Below, piece after piece: positions 22,722 through 35,145 of a DNA stretch of 64,000 nucleotides (within the stretch, counting starts at the first letter, position 1; each line of letters opens with the position of its first letter). The notes below the pieces were generated by a model. The model did not search any database. It was not told the origin of the DNA and saw nothing but the letters and a program-made list of their open reading frames with translations. Source of the DNA: an uncultured Actinomycetes bacterium (GTDB lineage: Bacteria > Actinomycetota > Thermoleophilia > UBA2241); NCBI GenBank assembly GCA_963755025.1, contig CAVWIH010000034.1:32001-96000 (forward strand). Direction: 5' to 3'. A program made the position numbers and the translations under genes.

Positions 22722-23581
22722 AGTTCCTCAAGCGCATCCCCGCCTGGGCGTGGCTGGTCATCGGGCTGGCCGTGCTCGTCGGGCTGGCTCTGCTGCCGGG
22801 CAGCAAGAAGGCGACCTTCGACGTCTCGGGCGAGTTCCTGCTTCATCCGATCATCAGGCTCCCCAAGGTCGGACCGATCGACCTGTCGATCACCAAGCCG
22901 GTCATCTACTTGTGGCTCACGGTCGTCGTGGTCTGCATCTTCGCGGCGCTCATCAACCGCGGCCTCAAGACCAAGCCCGGGCGCTTTCAGGCGGCGATGG
23001 AAGGACTCTACGACCTCGCTCGCGACGGCATCTCGGGCGCGGTCATGAAGGGCAGCGGCGCCACCACGTGGTTCCCCTATATCGGCGGAGCGTTCTTCTT
23101 CATCCTGGTGTGCAACCTGATCGGCCTGATCCCGCTGCCTTTCGGCGTGGGCCACCAACTCGCCTTCTACGCCGCGACGGGCAACATCAACGTCACCATC
23201 ACGCTGGCCGTGTTCACGTTCGTCTTCACCCACTACGCGGGCATTCGCAAGAAGGGCCCGATCGGCTACGTCAAGGGCTGGGTCGTTCCCGCTCCGCCGG
23301 TTCTTAAGCAGTTCATCTTCGTGTCCGACGTCATCAGCGAGGTCTTCCGTCTGGTCTCGCTGTCGGTCCGACTTTTCGCCAACATGATCGCCGGTCACTT
23401 CATCCTGGCCGTGTTCTTTGCGATGGTGCTCGTGTTCCAGAGCTACCTGCTCGGCACCGTCCTGCAAGTCGGTTCAGTGGCGGTCTTCATGTTCGAGATC
23501 TTCGTAGCGGCCATCCAGGCGTTCATCTTCTCCATCCTTTCGGCCGTCTATATCGGCACGGCGCTCGAACAGGAACATTGA
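22718..23581 (+). CDS. atpB: ATP synthase F0 subunit a
   Basis: PGRFQ, NLIGLIP, SLSVRLFANM.AGH, IQAFIF. Confidence 0.95.
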   Translation: MKFLKRIPAWAWLVIGLAVLVGLALLPGSKKATFDVSGEFLLHPIIRLPKVGPIDLSITKPVIYLWLTVVVVCIFAALINRGLKTKPGRFQAAMEGLYDLARDGISGAVMKGSGATTWFPYIGGAFFFILVCNLIGLIPLPFGVGHQLAFYAATGNINVTITLAVFTFVFTHYAGIRKKGPIGYVKGWVVPAPPVLKQFIFVSDVISEVFRLVSLSVRLFANMIAGHFILAVFFAMVLVFQSYLLGTVLQVGSVAVFMFEIFVAAIQAFIFSILSAVYIGTALEQEH

Positions 23582-23636
23582 GGCAGATGGCCGTGTTCAG
23601 CTCGCTGTGGTCTGGTAGATATCAAGGAGGAGTCAC

Positions 23637-23906
23637 ATGGATGTAAGCGCCGCTACGGTCGCCGCTGCGGCGACGACCGAGACCGGTCTCAGGTTGCTCG
23701 GGGCGGGACTCGCCGCCGGGTTGGGAGTCGTGGGTCCGGGCGTCGGTATGGGTGTCCTGTTCGGCAGCGCCATTGAGAGCATCGCCCGCCAGCCGGAGCT
23801 CCGTGGCGAGATCCGCCTGAACATGTTCATCGGCATCGGCATCATCGAGGCGCTGGCTCTGTATGCCCTCGTCGTCGCCCTGATCCTTCTGTTCGTGGTC
23901 AAGTAA
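23637..23906 (+). CDS. atpE: ATP synthase F0 subunit c
   Basis: GxGxG helix, ARQPE loop, IEALALY. Confidence 0.95.
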   Translation: MDVSAATVAAAATTETGLRLLGAGLAAGLGVVGPGVGMGVLFGSAIESIARQPELRGEIRLNMFIGIGIIEALALYALVVALILLFVVK

Positions 23907-23942
23907 GTTGCACCATCCCCGCGAACGAGGAGTGAGCAAGTC

Positions 23943-24455
23943 ATGCTGCTGAGCATCAATCCGGGGCTGATGGTGTGGACGGCTATCACGTTCGGCATCT
24001 CGGTCTTCGTCTTGTGGCGGTTCGCGTTCGGCCCGCTGCAGAAGGTCATCGACGAGCGTCGTTCGAAGATCACCGAGAGCATCGATACGGCCGAAGAGAC
24101 GCGCGCCGAAGCCGCCCGTCTGCTCTCCGAGTATCGCGAGACGCTCGCTTCGGTACGCGCTGAGGCCGAAGAGATCCTCGAGCGTTCGCGCAAGGCCGGC
24201 GACACGACCAAAGCCGAGATCCTCGCCGAAGCGCGGCATCAGGCACAGCGCACGGTCGAGAAGGCCCAGGAGCAACTCGAGCGCGACGTCCGCGTGGCGC
24301 TGCAGCAACTCAAGGGCGAGATCGCCGGCCTCACGCTCATGGCCACCGAACAGGTCGTGGGCAGGTCACTCAACGACGCCGATCACCGACGCCTGATCGA
24401 CGAGGCGCTGCGCACCGCCAATCTCGACGATCTCGAACTCGGGAACGGCCGGTGA
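23943..24455 (+). CDS. atpF: ATP synthase F0 subunit b
   Basis: N-terminal TM, P...IDER..KI coiled coil. Confidence 0.92.
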   Translation: MLLSINPGLMVWTAITFGISVFVLWRFAFGPLQKVIDERRSKITESIDTAEETRAEAARLLSEYRETLASVRAEAEEILERSRKAGDTTKAEILAEARHQAQRTVEKAQEQLERDVRVALQQLKGEIAGLTLMATEQVVGRSLNDADHRRLIDEALRTANLDDLELGNGR

Positions 24456-25005
24456 GCGACAGCGGAATCGCGCGAGTGTACGCGGTCGCGCTGTTCGAGG
24501 CGGCGACCGCGGCCGGCACCGTTGGGCCCACCGGCGGCGACCTACGCGAGTTTGTCGACGCGCTCGATGAGTCGCAGGCGCTGGCCAACGTGGTCTACAA
24601 CCCGCAGATCGAGCCCGAGGTCAAGCTGCGCGTGCTCGCTGGTCTCACGGGCGACGCGAACCGCCTCGCTGCAGGGTTGTTGAACGTAATGCTCGAAAAG
24701 GGCCGCTTCACGCTGGTCGGCAAGGTCGCCGACGAGTACGAGCGCTACGTCGCGCGGGCGGCCAGGGTGATCGAGGTCGAAGTCACTACGGCCGTCCCGG
24801 TCGCACCCGAGGTCGAGAGCCTCATCGTAGAACGGGTGCGGCGCACGACCGGCGGCGAACCAAGACTGACGAAACGGGTCGATCCAGGCATCCTGGGCGG
24901 GCTCGTGCTGCGCGTCGACGATCTGCTGGTCGACGGTAGCCTGCGCGCGCGCATCCAGCAGCTCGACGACCGATTGAGAACGGCAGACGTGAGAGGTGGC
25001 GACAA

Positions 25006-25009
<4 letters not shown>
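24452..25009 (+). CDS. atpH: ATP synthase F1 delta
   Basis: [18 protein letters not shown]...D.LVDGS. Confidence 0.92.
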
Positions 25010-26541
<1,532 letters not shown>

Positions 26542-26542
26542 C

Positions 26543-27421
26543 ATGGCGACTCTGCAGGACATCCGGAGGCGCATCGCCTCCACAGAGAACACGCGCAAGA
26601 TCACCAAGGCGATGGAGCTGGTATCGGCGGCCAAGCTGCGGCGCGCGCAGGCACGCATGGAGGCGCTGCGGCCGTACGCCGGCGCCATGATCGAGATGAT
26701 GCGCGACCTGGCCACCTTCGCGGTCGCCAAGAGTTCGTTCGCACTGTTGCGTGAGCACGACTCCGCGAAGGCCGAAGCCCTGCTCGTCATCACCGGCGAC
26801 CGCGGCCTGGCCGGGGCGTTCAACGCCAACGTGCTGCGCGCCTGCCTTGCCGCCGACCGCGAACTCGAAAGCAAGGGTCTCGACCGCAAGCTGCTCGTGG
26901 TCGGCAAGAAGGGCATCGGCACGCTGCGCTTTCGCGGCGTGCCGCTCGAGCAGACCTGGTCGGGCAAGAGCGACCGGCCGACCTACGCCGACGCTCAGGC
27001 CATCGCCCACCACGTCATCGAGCTGTACACGAGCGAACAGGTCGACCGTGTGCGCCTGATCTACAACCACTTCAAGACCCCCATCGAGCAGACGCTGATG
27101 GACGTGCAGATCCTGCCCATCCTGCCGCAAGAGGTCTACTTGCAGGACCGCGAGCGTCAGCCGGTGTCGTACCTCTACGAACCGGGAGACGCCGAGGTCT
27201 TCGAGTCCCTGCTGCCGCGGTACGTCGAGATCGCGATCTACCGCGCGCTGCTCGAATCGAGCGCGAGCGAGCAGGGCGCCCGCATGAGCGCCATGCGCAA
27301 CGCAAGCGAGAGCGCCGACGACCTGATCGACGCCTACACGCTCTCCATGAACCGCGCGCGGCAAGCTTCGATCACCCAGGAGATCCTCGAGGTCGTGGCC
27401 GGAGCCGAAGCGCTCGGCTAA
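26543..27421 (+). CDS. atpG: ATP synthase F1 gamma
   Basis: KITKAMELV, DRGLAGAFN, NRARQASITQEI. Confidence 0.97.
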   Translation: MATLQDIRRRIASTENTRKITKAMELVSAAKLRRAQARMEALRPYAGAMIEMMRDLATFAVAKSSFALLREHDSAKAEALLVITGDRGLAGAFNANVLRACLAADRELESKGLDRKLLVVGKKGIGTLRFRGVPLEQTWSGKSDRPTYADAQAIAHHVIELYTSEQVDRVRLIYNHFKTPIEQTLMDVQILPILPQEVYLQDRERQPVSYLYEPGDAEVFESLLPRYVEIAIYRALLESSASEQGARMSAMRNASESADDLIDAYTLSMNRARQASITQEILEVVAGAEALG

Positions 27422-27464
27422 TGCCCGGCGCCCCGGCCCGCCTCGGCCACCGAAAGGCAGATGA

Positions 27465-28988
<1,524 letters not shown>

Positions 28989-28990
28989 CC

Positions 28991-29425
28991 ATGACCGACC
29001 CAGACGCGCACAGCCTGCAGGTCGAGATCGTCACGCCCGACGGCTCGGTGTACACCGGCGAAGCGAGCATGGTGATCGTGCCCGGCGTCGAAGGCGAGCT
29101 CGGCTTTCTGCCGCACCACGAGCCGCTGGTCTCGCTCGTGGCGATCGGCGAGGCCCGCGTGCAGCTGCCCGACGGCGTCTGGGAGCGCTTCGCCACCGGC
29201 ATCGGCTACGTGCAGGTGCTGTTCGACAAAGTGCTCCTGGTCGTCGACCAGGCCGAGCAGGCGGGCAAGATCGACGTGGCCCGCGCCGAGGCGGCCCGCA
29301 AGCGGGCCGACGAGCGGCTCGCCCTGCGCGGCGACCCGGGCGCCCACGCCGAGGTCGACTTCTACAAGGCCGAGCAGGCGCTGCGCCGCTCCGAGAACCG
29401 GCTGAAGGTCGCGGCTCGCGTATGA
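28991..29425 (+). CDS. atpC: ATP synthase F1 epsilon
   Basis: IVTPDG, PGVEGELGFLPHHEP. Confidence 0.93.
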   Translation: MTDPDAHSLQVEIVTPDGSVYTGEASMVIVPGVEGELGFLPHHEPLVSLVAIGEARVQLPDGVWERFATGIGYVQVLFDKVLLVVDQAEQAGKIDVARAEAARKRADERLALRGDPGAHAEVDFYKAEQALRRSENRLKVAARV

Positions 29426-29507
29426 GCGCGCCCCGGCGCGCCCTGCCGGGCGACGGCGAGGCTGGGTCGGGGCCGCGCCCCACGGCCGGCGCGTCGCGGG
29501 GCCGGCC

Positions 29508-30809
29508 GTGAACGAGCCCGATCACAAGCCGCGCTCGCTGCTCGTGCGCGGCGGCCACCGGCTCGAGGGCGAGATCGCCCTGGCCGGCGCCAAGAACTCC
29601 GCCCTCAAGCTCATGGCGGCCAGCCTGCTGGCCGCCGAGCCCTCGACCATTCGCCGCGTGCCGCGCATCGCCGACGTCTTCACCATGATCGACATGCTGC
29701 GCGCCCTCGGCGCCCAGGTGAGCTTCGACGACGGCGAGCTGCGTATCGACCCTTCGGGCCGGTTGAACGACCGCGCGCCCTACGACCTCGTGCGGCGCAT
29801 GCGGGCCAGCATCATCGTGATGGGCCCCATGGTCGCCCGCCTGGGCCGCGCCACCATCGCCATGCCCGGCGGCTGCAACATAGGCCCGCGGCGCATCGAC
29901 TTTCACATTCGCGGGCTCGAAAGGCTGGGCGCGCAGATCGAGATCGAGCACGGCTTCATCGAAGTCACAAGCGACGGTCTGCGCGGCGCCACGGTGCCGC
30001 TCGACTACCCGAGCGTGGGGGCGACCGAGAACCTCCTCATGGCCGCCACGGCGGCCGAGGGCACGACCGTCATCGACAACGCCGCGCGCGAGCCCGAGAT
30101 CGTCGACCTCGCCAAGTTCCTCATGTCGATGGGCGCGCACATCCACGGCGCCGGCACGAGCTCCATAGCCATCGAGGGCGGCCACGAGCTGCACGGCGCC
30201 ATCCACGAGGTCGTCGCCGACCGCATCGAGGCCGGCACCTACCTGCTGGCCGGCGTGGCCACCGGCGGCGACGTCACGGTGCGCGGCCTCAACCCGGCCT
30301 GCCTCGAGCTGTTCTGCAACAAGCTGCGCGCCATGGGCGTGCAGGTCGACGAAGGCGACCGCTCCATCCGCGCCCGGGCGCGCGGCGCGCTGCGTCCGGT
30401 CGACGTCTCGACGCTGCCGCATCCGGGCTTCGCCACCGACCTACAGGCCCAGTTCATGGTCGCGCTGTCGCTGGCCGAGGGCACCTCGATCGTCACCGAG
30501 AACGTCTTCGAGAACCGCTTCGCAGTGGTCGACGAGCTCAACCGTCTGGGCGCCGGCATCACCACGAGCGGCCATCACGCCGTGGTCACCGGGCCGCGCC
30601 AGCTCACCGGCAGCGTCGTCGAGTCGCCCGACCTGCGCGGCGGCGCCGCGCTCACCATCGCCGGCCTCGTGGCCGAGGGCCTGACCGAGGTGCGCGGCCT
30701 GCACCACATCGACCGCGGATACGAGGCCTTCGACACCAAGCTCGTGAGCCTGGGAGCCGACGTCGAGCGGGTCGAAGGCGACCGCCGTTCGGGGGCCGCG
30801 ACCGCCTGA
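29508..30809 (+). CDS. murA: UDP-N-acetylglucosamine 1-carboxyvinyltransferase
   Basis: GAKNSAL, MRAS, PGGCNIG, NAAREPEI, GFATDLQ, DLRGGA. Confidence 0.96.
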   Translation: MNEPDHKPRSLLVRGGHRLEGEIALAGAKNSALKLMAASLLAAEPSTIRRVPRIADVFTMIDMLRALGAQVSFDDGELRIDPSGRLNDRAPYDLVRRMRASIIVMGPMVARLGRATIAMPGGCNIGPRRIDFHIRGLERLGAQIEIEHGFIEVTSDGLRGATVPLDYPSVGATENLLMAATAAEGTTVIDNAAREPEIVDLAKFLMSMGAHIHGAGTSSIAIEGGHELHGAIHEVVADRIEAGTYLLAGVATGGDVTVRGLNPACLELFCNKLRAMGVQVDEGDRSIRARARGALRPVDVSTLPHPGFATDLQAQFMVALSLAEGTSIVTENVFENRFAVVDELNRLGAGITTSGHHAVVTGPRQLTGSVVESPDLRGGAALTIAGLVAEGLTEVRGLHHIDRGYEAFDTKLVSLGADVERVEGDRRSGAATA

Positions 30810-30918
30810 GCGAACGCCCGCACTGGCGCCTGCCGTGGCCTTGCGTCGCGACGGGTTGGCCGCGTGCGGTACAATCGTCTGACCGGGATGCAGCCGCCAT
30901 GCTCATCCGCGTCACGCC

Positions 30919-32697
30919 ATGGAGCCGCCACAGGTGCCGCAGTACACGCGCTACACCGTAACGCCCCGACGAACCGCCGCGCCCGCCTGGGTGCGCGTCC
31001 TCAAGTGGACCGTGCTGCTGCTCGTCGTCGTCTCGGCTCTCACCTTCGGCATGGCGTTCGGGTACCTGCAGAACACGCTGGCCCGGACCGGTGGCGGGAC
31101 CAAAGCGGAAAAGGCCACCGTCAAGGCGGTGCAAAAGCAGCTCACCGTTCAGCAGAGCAAGCACGCGCCGGTGAACATCCTGCTGCTGGGGAGCGACCGG
31201 CGCGAACACCTGGCCGGCGACACGGGGCGTTCCGACACCATCATGCTGCTGCGCATCGACCCCTCCACAAAGAGCATCTCGATGCTGTCGATCCCCCGCG
31301 ACCTGCGCGTCGAGATCCCCGGCTACGGCACCGACCGCATCAACGCGGCCTACTCCGACGGCGGGCCCGCCCTGTCGGTGGCGACCTTCAAGCTGCTCAC
31401 CGGCCTGCCGGTGAACCACTTCATCGACGTCAACTTCACCGGCTTCACCGACATGGTCAACTACCTGGGCGGCGTTTACCTCGACGTCGACCGCCAGTAC
31501 TACAACAATACTGCGGTCACCGGCTACTCTTCGATCGACCTGAACGCCGGCTACCAGCGCCTGAACGGCCGCGACGCCTTGAGCTTCGTGCGCTTCCGCC
31601 ACGACCAGCTCGGCGATTGGGGCCGCATGCAGCGCCAGCAGCTCTTCTTGCGCGAGCTCCGGCGCCAGGCGCTGCGCTGGCAGAACGTGTTCAAGCTGCC
31701 CAAGCTCATCGACACGATGACGAGCAACACCGTCTCCGACGTCTCGTCGATCAAGAAGCTGCTCGGCCTGGTCGAGCTGGCGCTGGGCGCCAACACGCAA
31801 CACATCTACCAGACCCATCTGGTCGGCACGCCCATCGTGATCAACGGCGCCGACGAACTCGAGGCCTCGCCGGCCGACGTCGCCGCGGTCGTCGACCAGT
31901 TCATGCACCCGCTCCACCCGCCGGTGACGCACGTCGCGGGCGAGACGCAATCCAAAAGCTCCTTCACCGTCACGGTGAGCAACGGCGGCGCCGCCGCCGG
32001 CAGCGCCGCCGCCGCCGCAGGGCTGCTCTCGGTGCAGGGGTACAAGACGGCCGTCGCCGGCAACGTCCTTCAGGGCGACTCCAAGGCGACACTCGTCTAC
32101 GCCACGCAGGCCTACGCGGGCAATGCCCGCGCGCTGGCCGCCATGCTCGCTCCCGGCCGCGTCGTGATCGTCGCTCGCGCCCCCGGCGTGCAGCCCGGCG
32201 TCGCCGTCGTCCTGGGCCCCTCGTACACGGGCACGCTCGTGCTGCCCACTAAGGCGGCGACCGGCCCCGCTCTCACGCTGCACAGCCCGCAAGACGTCGC
32301 CGAGTGGCACGCCCTTGCCCTCAAGACCAAGCTCAAGATCCGCATGCCCAGCGCCTGGCTGCCCGGGTTCGCCTACGACTGGTCAATGTCGCGCGCCTAC
32401 ACGATCGCCAGTGACCACGGCGGCCGGGCGGCCGTGGTCGTGGTCGGCACCACCGGCACCGGCGGGTACTGGCACATCGAGGAGACCGACTGGAGCGACC
32501 CGCCCGCGATCGCCTCGCCCGACAGCTCGACCGTCGTCAAGGGCGTGCGCTACCTACAGTTCTACGACGGCAACAAGCTCCACATGGTCGCCTGGAAGCT
32601 CCACAAGGACCTGTTCTGGGTGGCCAACACCCTCGATAACGAGCTTGCCAACGACACGATGATGGGACTTGCCACGTCGTTTACCGGCGTGAAGTGA
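30919..32697 (+). CDS. LCP (LytR-CpsA-Psr) phosphotransferase with LytR_C-like and extra C-terminal domains
   Basis: TM anchor, LLLGSDR, RSDTIM, SIPRD, INAAY, FVRFRH, DWGRMQRQ. Confidence 0.9.
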   Translation: MEPPQVPQYTRYTVTPRRTAAPAWVRVLKWTVLLLVVVSALTFGMAFGYLQNTLARTGGGTKAEKATVKAVQKQLTVQQSKHAPVNILLLGSDRREHLAGDTGRSDTIMLLRIDPSTKSISMLSIPRDLRVEIPGYGTDRINAAYSDGGPALSVATFKLLTGLPVNHFIDVNFTGFTDMVNYLGGVYLDVDRQYYNNTAVTGYSSIDLNAGYQRLNGRDALSFVRFRHDQLGDWGRMQRQQLFLRELRRQALRWQNVFKLPKLIDTMTSNTVSDVSSIKKLLGLVELALGANTQHIYQTHLVGTPIVINGADELEASPADVAAVVDQFMHPLHPPVTHVAGETQSKSSFTVTVSNGGAAAGSAAAAAGLLSVQGYKTAVAGNVLQGDSKATLVYATQAYAGNARALAAMLAPGRVVIVARAPGVQPGVAVVLGPSYTGTLVLPTKAATGPALTLHSPQDVAEWHALALKTKLKIRMPSAWLPGFAYDWSMSRAYTIASDHGGRAAVVVVGTTGTGGYWHIEETDWSDPPAIASPDSSTVVKGVRYLQFYDGNKLHMVAWKLHKDLFWVANTLDNELANDTMMGLATSFTGVK

Positions 32698-34550
32698 GCC
32701 GCAGGCTCGTGCCGCGGCGCCTCGACCCCTGGGCGGCGCTGCTGCTCGGCGTGGCGGTCGCGCTGGGCGTCATCATCCTGCTCGCCACCCCCGGACCCTG
32801 GCACAAGGTGGTGCCGGCCGTGGCCAAGCGGCCGCCACTCGCCCCGCCGGCGCCGCCGCGCGATATCGCCGTCTTTCTCAAGGGCCCCAGCCACGAGGGC
32901 TTCGCCGGGGCGCTGTGGCTGCACATCGACTACGAGCAGTCGCATTTCACGGCCGTCGTCGTGCCGGTGAGCCTGGCCTGCGACCTGCCGAGTGCCGGAC
33001 AACTGCCGCTGTCCGAGATCGTCGATAAGGCCGGACCGCGGGTCGCCGCGGCGGCGCTGGGCGACCGGCTGTCGGTCGCGTTCGGCTCGTGGATCACGCT
33101 CGACCCCGAGTCGGTGCGTGTCGCGCTTCCCGGATTCGTCACGTCCGCCACCGCGAGCCTGCATCGTCCCGCGTTGACGCTCACCGGCGTCTGGGCGCTC
33201 GACCAGGCGCCGCTCGTCGCCCTGCAGCGCCAGATGCGGTACCTGCAGTTCGCGCTCAAGGACGGGCTCACCGACGAGATCAACCTCGACGGCTTCGTGA
33301 ACTACGTGCTGGGCTCAAACGACGTCAGCACCACGCTGCGCCTGCAGGCGGCCTCGGCGATCGGCGCGGCCCTCGACAGCGCTGGTCCCGGAGATGTCGT
33401 CGCAAGCTCGCTGCCGGCGATCGTGCATCGTCGCGGCGGCTACGAGCGCTGGTCGGTGTCGCCGGCGGCGCTGCTCGCGCTGCGTCAGTCACTGGCCTTC
33501 GACGCGGCGCCTCCCGTCTACCAGCCCGCGTTGAGCGTGCGGCCCGCCGGCCACACCGTGGTCGTCCTGACCTCGCCCCTGGGGCGTTTCACGGCGACCT
33601 ATCGCACCGCGTTCGCGCGAGCGCTGCGGTCGTACGGCGCAGGCGCGGCGACGGTCGAGTTGCGCGCCGTCACCACCCCCACCGCGGCCATCCGGGTGCT
33701 CGCCCGACCGGCCAGCGGCACGCCCCTGGGCATCGTCGTGGCGCTCGGCCGATCGGCGAAAGGCGCGGTGTCGCCGAGGCGCACGACCACGCTGCTGAGC
33801 GCGGCGCTGGGGACGGTCCTTGCCTCTGAGGTGCCGGCGGTGGTGTCCGAGGCGCCGGCCACCCCGGCGGCGGTCAACAAGGTCATCGACGCGCAGGCCA
33901 AGCGCGCCGGCCTGCCCCTGTCGCCGGTCGCGGCCGCGCTCGCCGCGCCGAGCACCTCTGCCACGCCGCGCCCCTCCGCTAGGCCGACCGCACGCGCCAC
34001 GCCGACTTCGGGCGCCACGCCGACCGCGGGCGCCACGATCGCCGTCGGCGCTACGCCGGCCGCGGGCGCGACGACCGCCGGTCCCACACCGACCGCGGGC
34101 GCTACCGCCGCCGCGAGCCCTCGGCCCACGCCCGCCGCCGCGGCATCGTCCGCCGCCGCCGGCGCCCCGCTCACCACCGCCCTGGTCGAGGCCTGGGCCC
34201 GACTCGACGCGGCGACCTTTGTGCGCGCCGTGCAGCCCGCGTTCTTCGCCCCGCGCCTCGCGGCGACGGGGCTTGGGGTCACCTATTACGATCGCACACG
34301 CACGAACGTCATCGTGGCAGGCCCCGCGGCCGCCGCCGGGCGCCTGGCGACGCGCCTCGACGTGTTCGGCTACGCGGCGAAGGCCGGCTCGACCGGCTTG
34401 CCGGCGACCCCCCTGTTGCCGGTGATCTACTACCAGCCCGGCGACCGCTGGCTGGCCAGGGCCCTGGCGGGCGATCTCGGGCTGCCCGCGTCGCAGGTCG
34501 TGGCCGCCCTCAGGGCGCCGGCGGCGCTCACCGTGGTCCTGCCGCGCTGA
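32694..34550 (+). CDS. degenerate LCP-like membrane-anchored protein with Ala/Thr/Pro linker and LytR_C-like tail
   Basis: LCP-like order of elements (VVVPVSL for SIPRD, LQRQ), C-terminal A...A..L...G and IYY.PG...ARALA. Confidence 0.55.
   Translation: MSRRLVPRRLDPWAALLLGVAVALGVIILLATPGPWHKVVPAVAKRPPLAPPAPPRDIAVFLKGPSHEGFAGALWLHIDYEQSHFTAVVVPVSLACDLPSAGQLPLSEIVDKAGPRVAAAALGDRLSVAFGSWITLDPESVRVALPGFVTSATASLHRPALTLTGVWALDQAPLVALQRQMRYLQFALKDGLTDEINLDGFVNYVLGSNDVSTTLRLQAASAIGAALDSAGPGDVVASSLPAIVHRRGGYERWSVSPAALLALRQSLAFDAAPPVYQPALSVRPAGHTVVVLTSPLGRFTATYRTAFARALRSYGAGAATVELRAVTTPTAAIRVLARPASGTPLGIVVALGRSAKGAVSPRRTTTLLSAALGTVLASEVPAVVSEAPATPAAVNKVIDAQAKRAGLPLSPVAAALAAPSTSATPRPSARPTARATPTSGATPTAGATIAVGATPAAGATTAGPTPTAGATAAASPRPTPAAAASSAAAGAPLTTALVEAWARLDAATFVRAVQPAFFAPRLAATGLGVTYYDRTRTNVIVAGPAAAAGRLATRLDVFGYAAKAGSTGLPATPLLPVIYYQPGDRWLARALAGDLGLPASQVVAALRAPAALTVVLPR
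33958..34140 (+). repeat. in-frame ~18-bp degenerate repeats encoding ATPTAG-like linker
   Basis: gccacgccgacttcgggc / gccacgccgaccgcgggc / gctacgccggccgcgggc. Confidence 0.65.
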
Positions 34551-34568
34551 AGCAGGGAGCGGGAACGA

Positions 34569-34596
34569 CGAAGCGCCCCGTTGCCGGGGCGCTTCG
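34569..34596. terminator. hairpin between convergent genes
   Basis: cgaagcgccccg-ttgc-cggggcgcttcg 12-bp perfect stem. Confidence 0.65.
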
Positions 34597-34625
34597 GTGT
34601 GATGACCGCGTGAAGAGAAGGTGTT

Positions 34626-34991
34626 CTAGGCGGCGAGTCGCTTGCGCAACAGAAGGCCGCCGCTCATGAGCGCCAGGCCGACCCCGAAGATGGCGATGGT
34701 CGAGCCGCCGGTGAACATGAGGCCGCCGGTCTGGGCGGTGGGAGCGGAGAGGCTGGACAGGAAGTCTTCGAGGACGCCCTCGACCTTGGTGTACTGCGTG
34801 AGCGAGGGGTCGCTCTTCACGAACGTCAGCGCCGCCTGCACCTGGGCCGCCGTGTAAGTGCCGTCGAGGTGGCCGTCTTGCGCGTCTTTGATGATCGCGG
34901 TCGTCGTGCCCGAAGCCGCCTGCGCGACAGACGCGACCATGAGCAGCGCGACGACCGCTAGGACTGCGATGGTCACGATCTTCATTTTCAT
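34626..34991 (-). CDS. small secreted protein with sortase-type cell-wall sorting signal (LMFTG)
   Basis: Signal peptide ending AQA; C-terminal LMFTG + hydrophobic helix + RKR; RBS ggaggggg. Confidence 0.75.
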   Translation of the reverse strand: MKMKIVTIAVLAVVALLMVASVAQAASGTTTAIIKDAQDGHLDGTYTAAQVQAALTFVKSDPSLTQYTKVEGVLEDFLSSLSAPTAQTGGLMFTGGSTIAIFGVGLALMSGGLLLRKRLAA

Positions 34992-35145
34992 GGAGACCCC
35001 CTCCAGATACGGTCTACTGATTGCCTGCTCGACTACTGCTGTATGAGTAGATTCGATACGTAGTTCTTATACCATGCCGGTCGGACGACTGTCATCTGCT
35101 TAGTCGCCTGGTGGCGGTACCGCTCTGCGCACGTATACTGCCCGT

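Noticed and set aside
23637-23906. Na+-coupled or N-type ATPase
   Set aside because: Subunit c has EAL rather than ES/ET and no Gln in helix 1; delta is present and gene order is standard.
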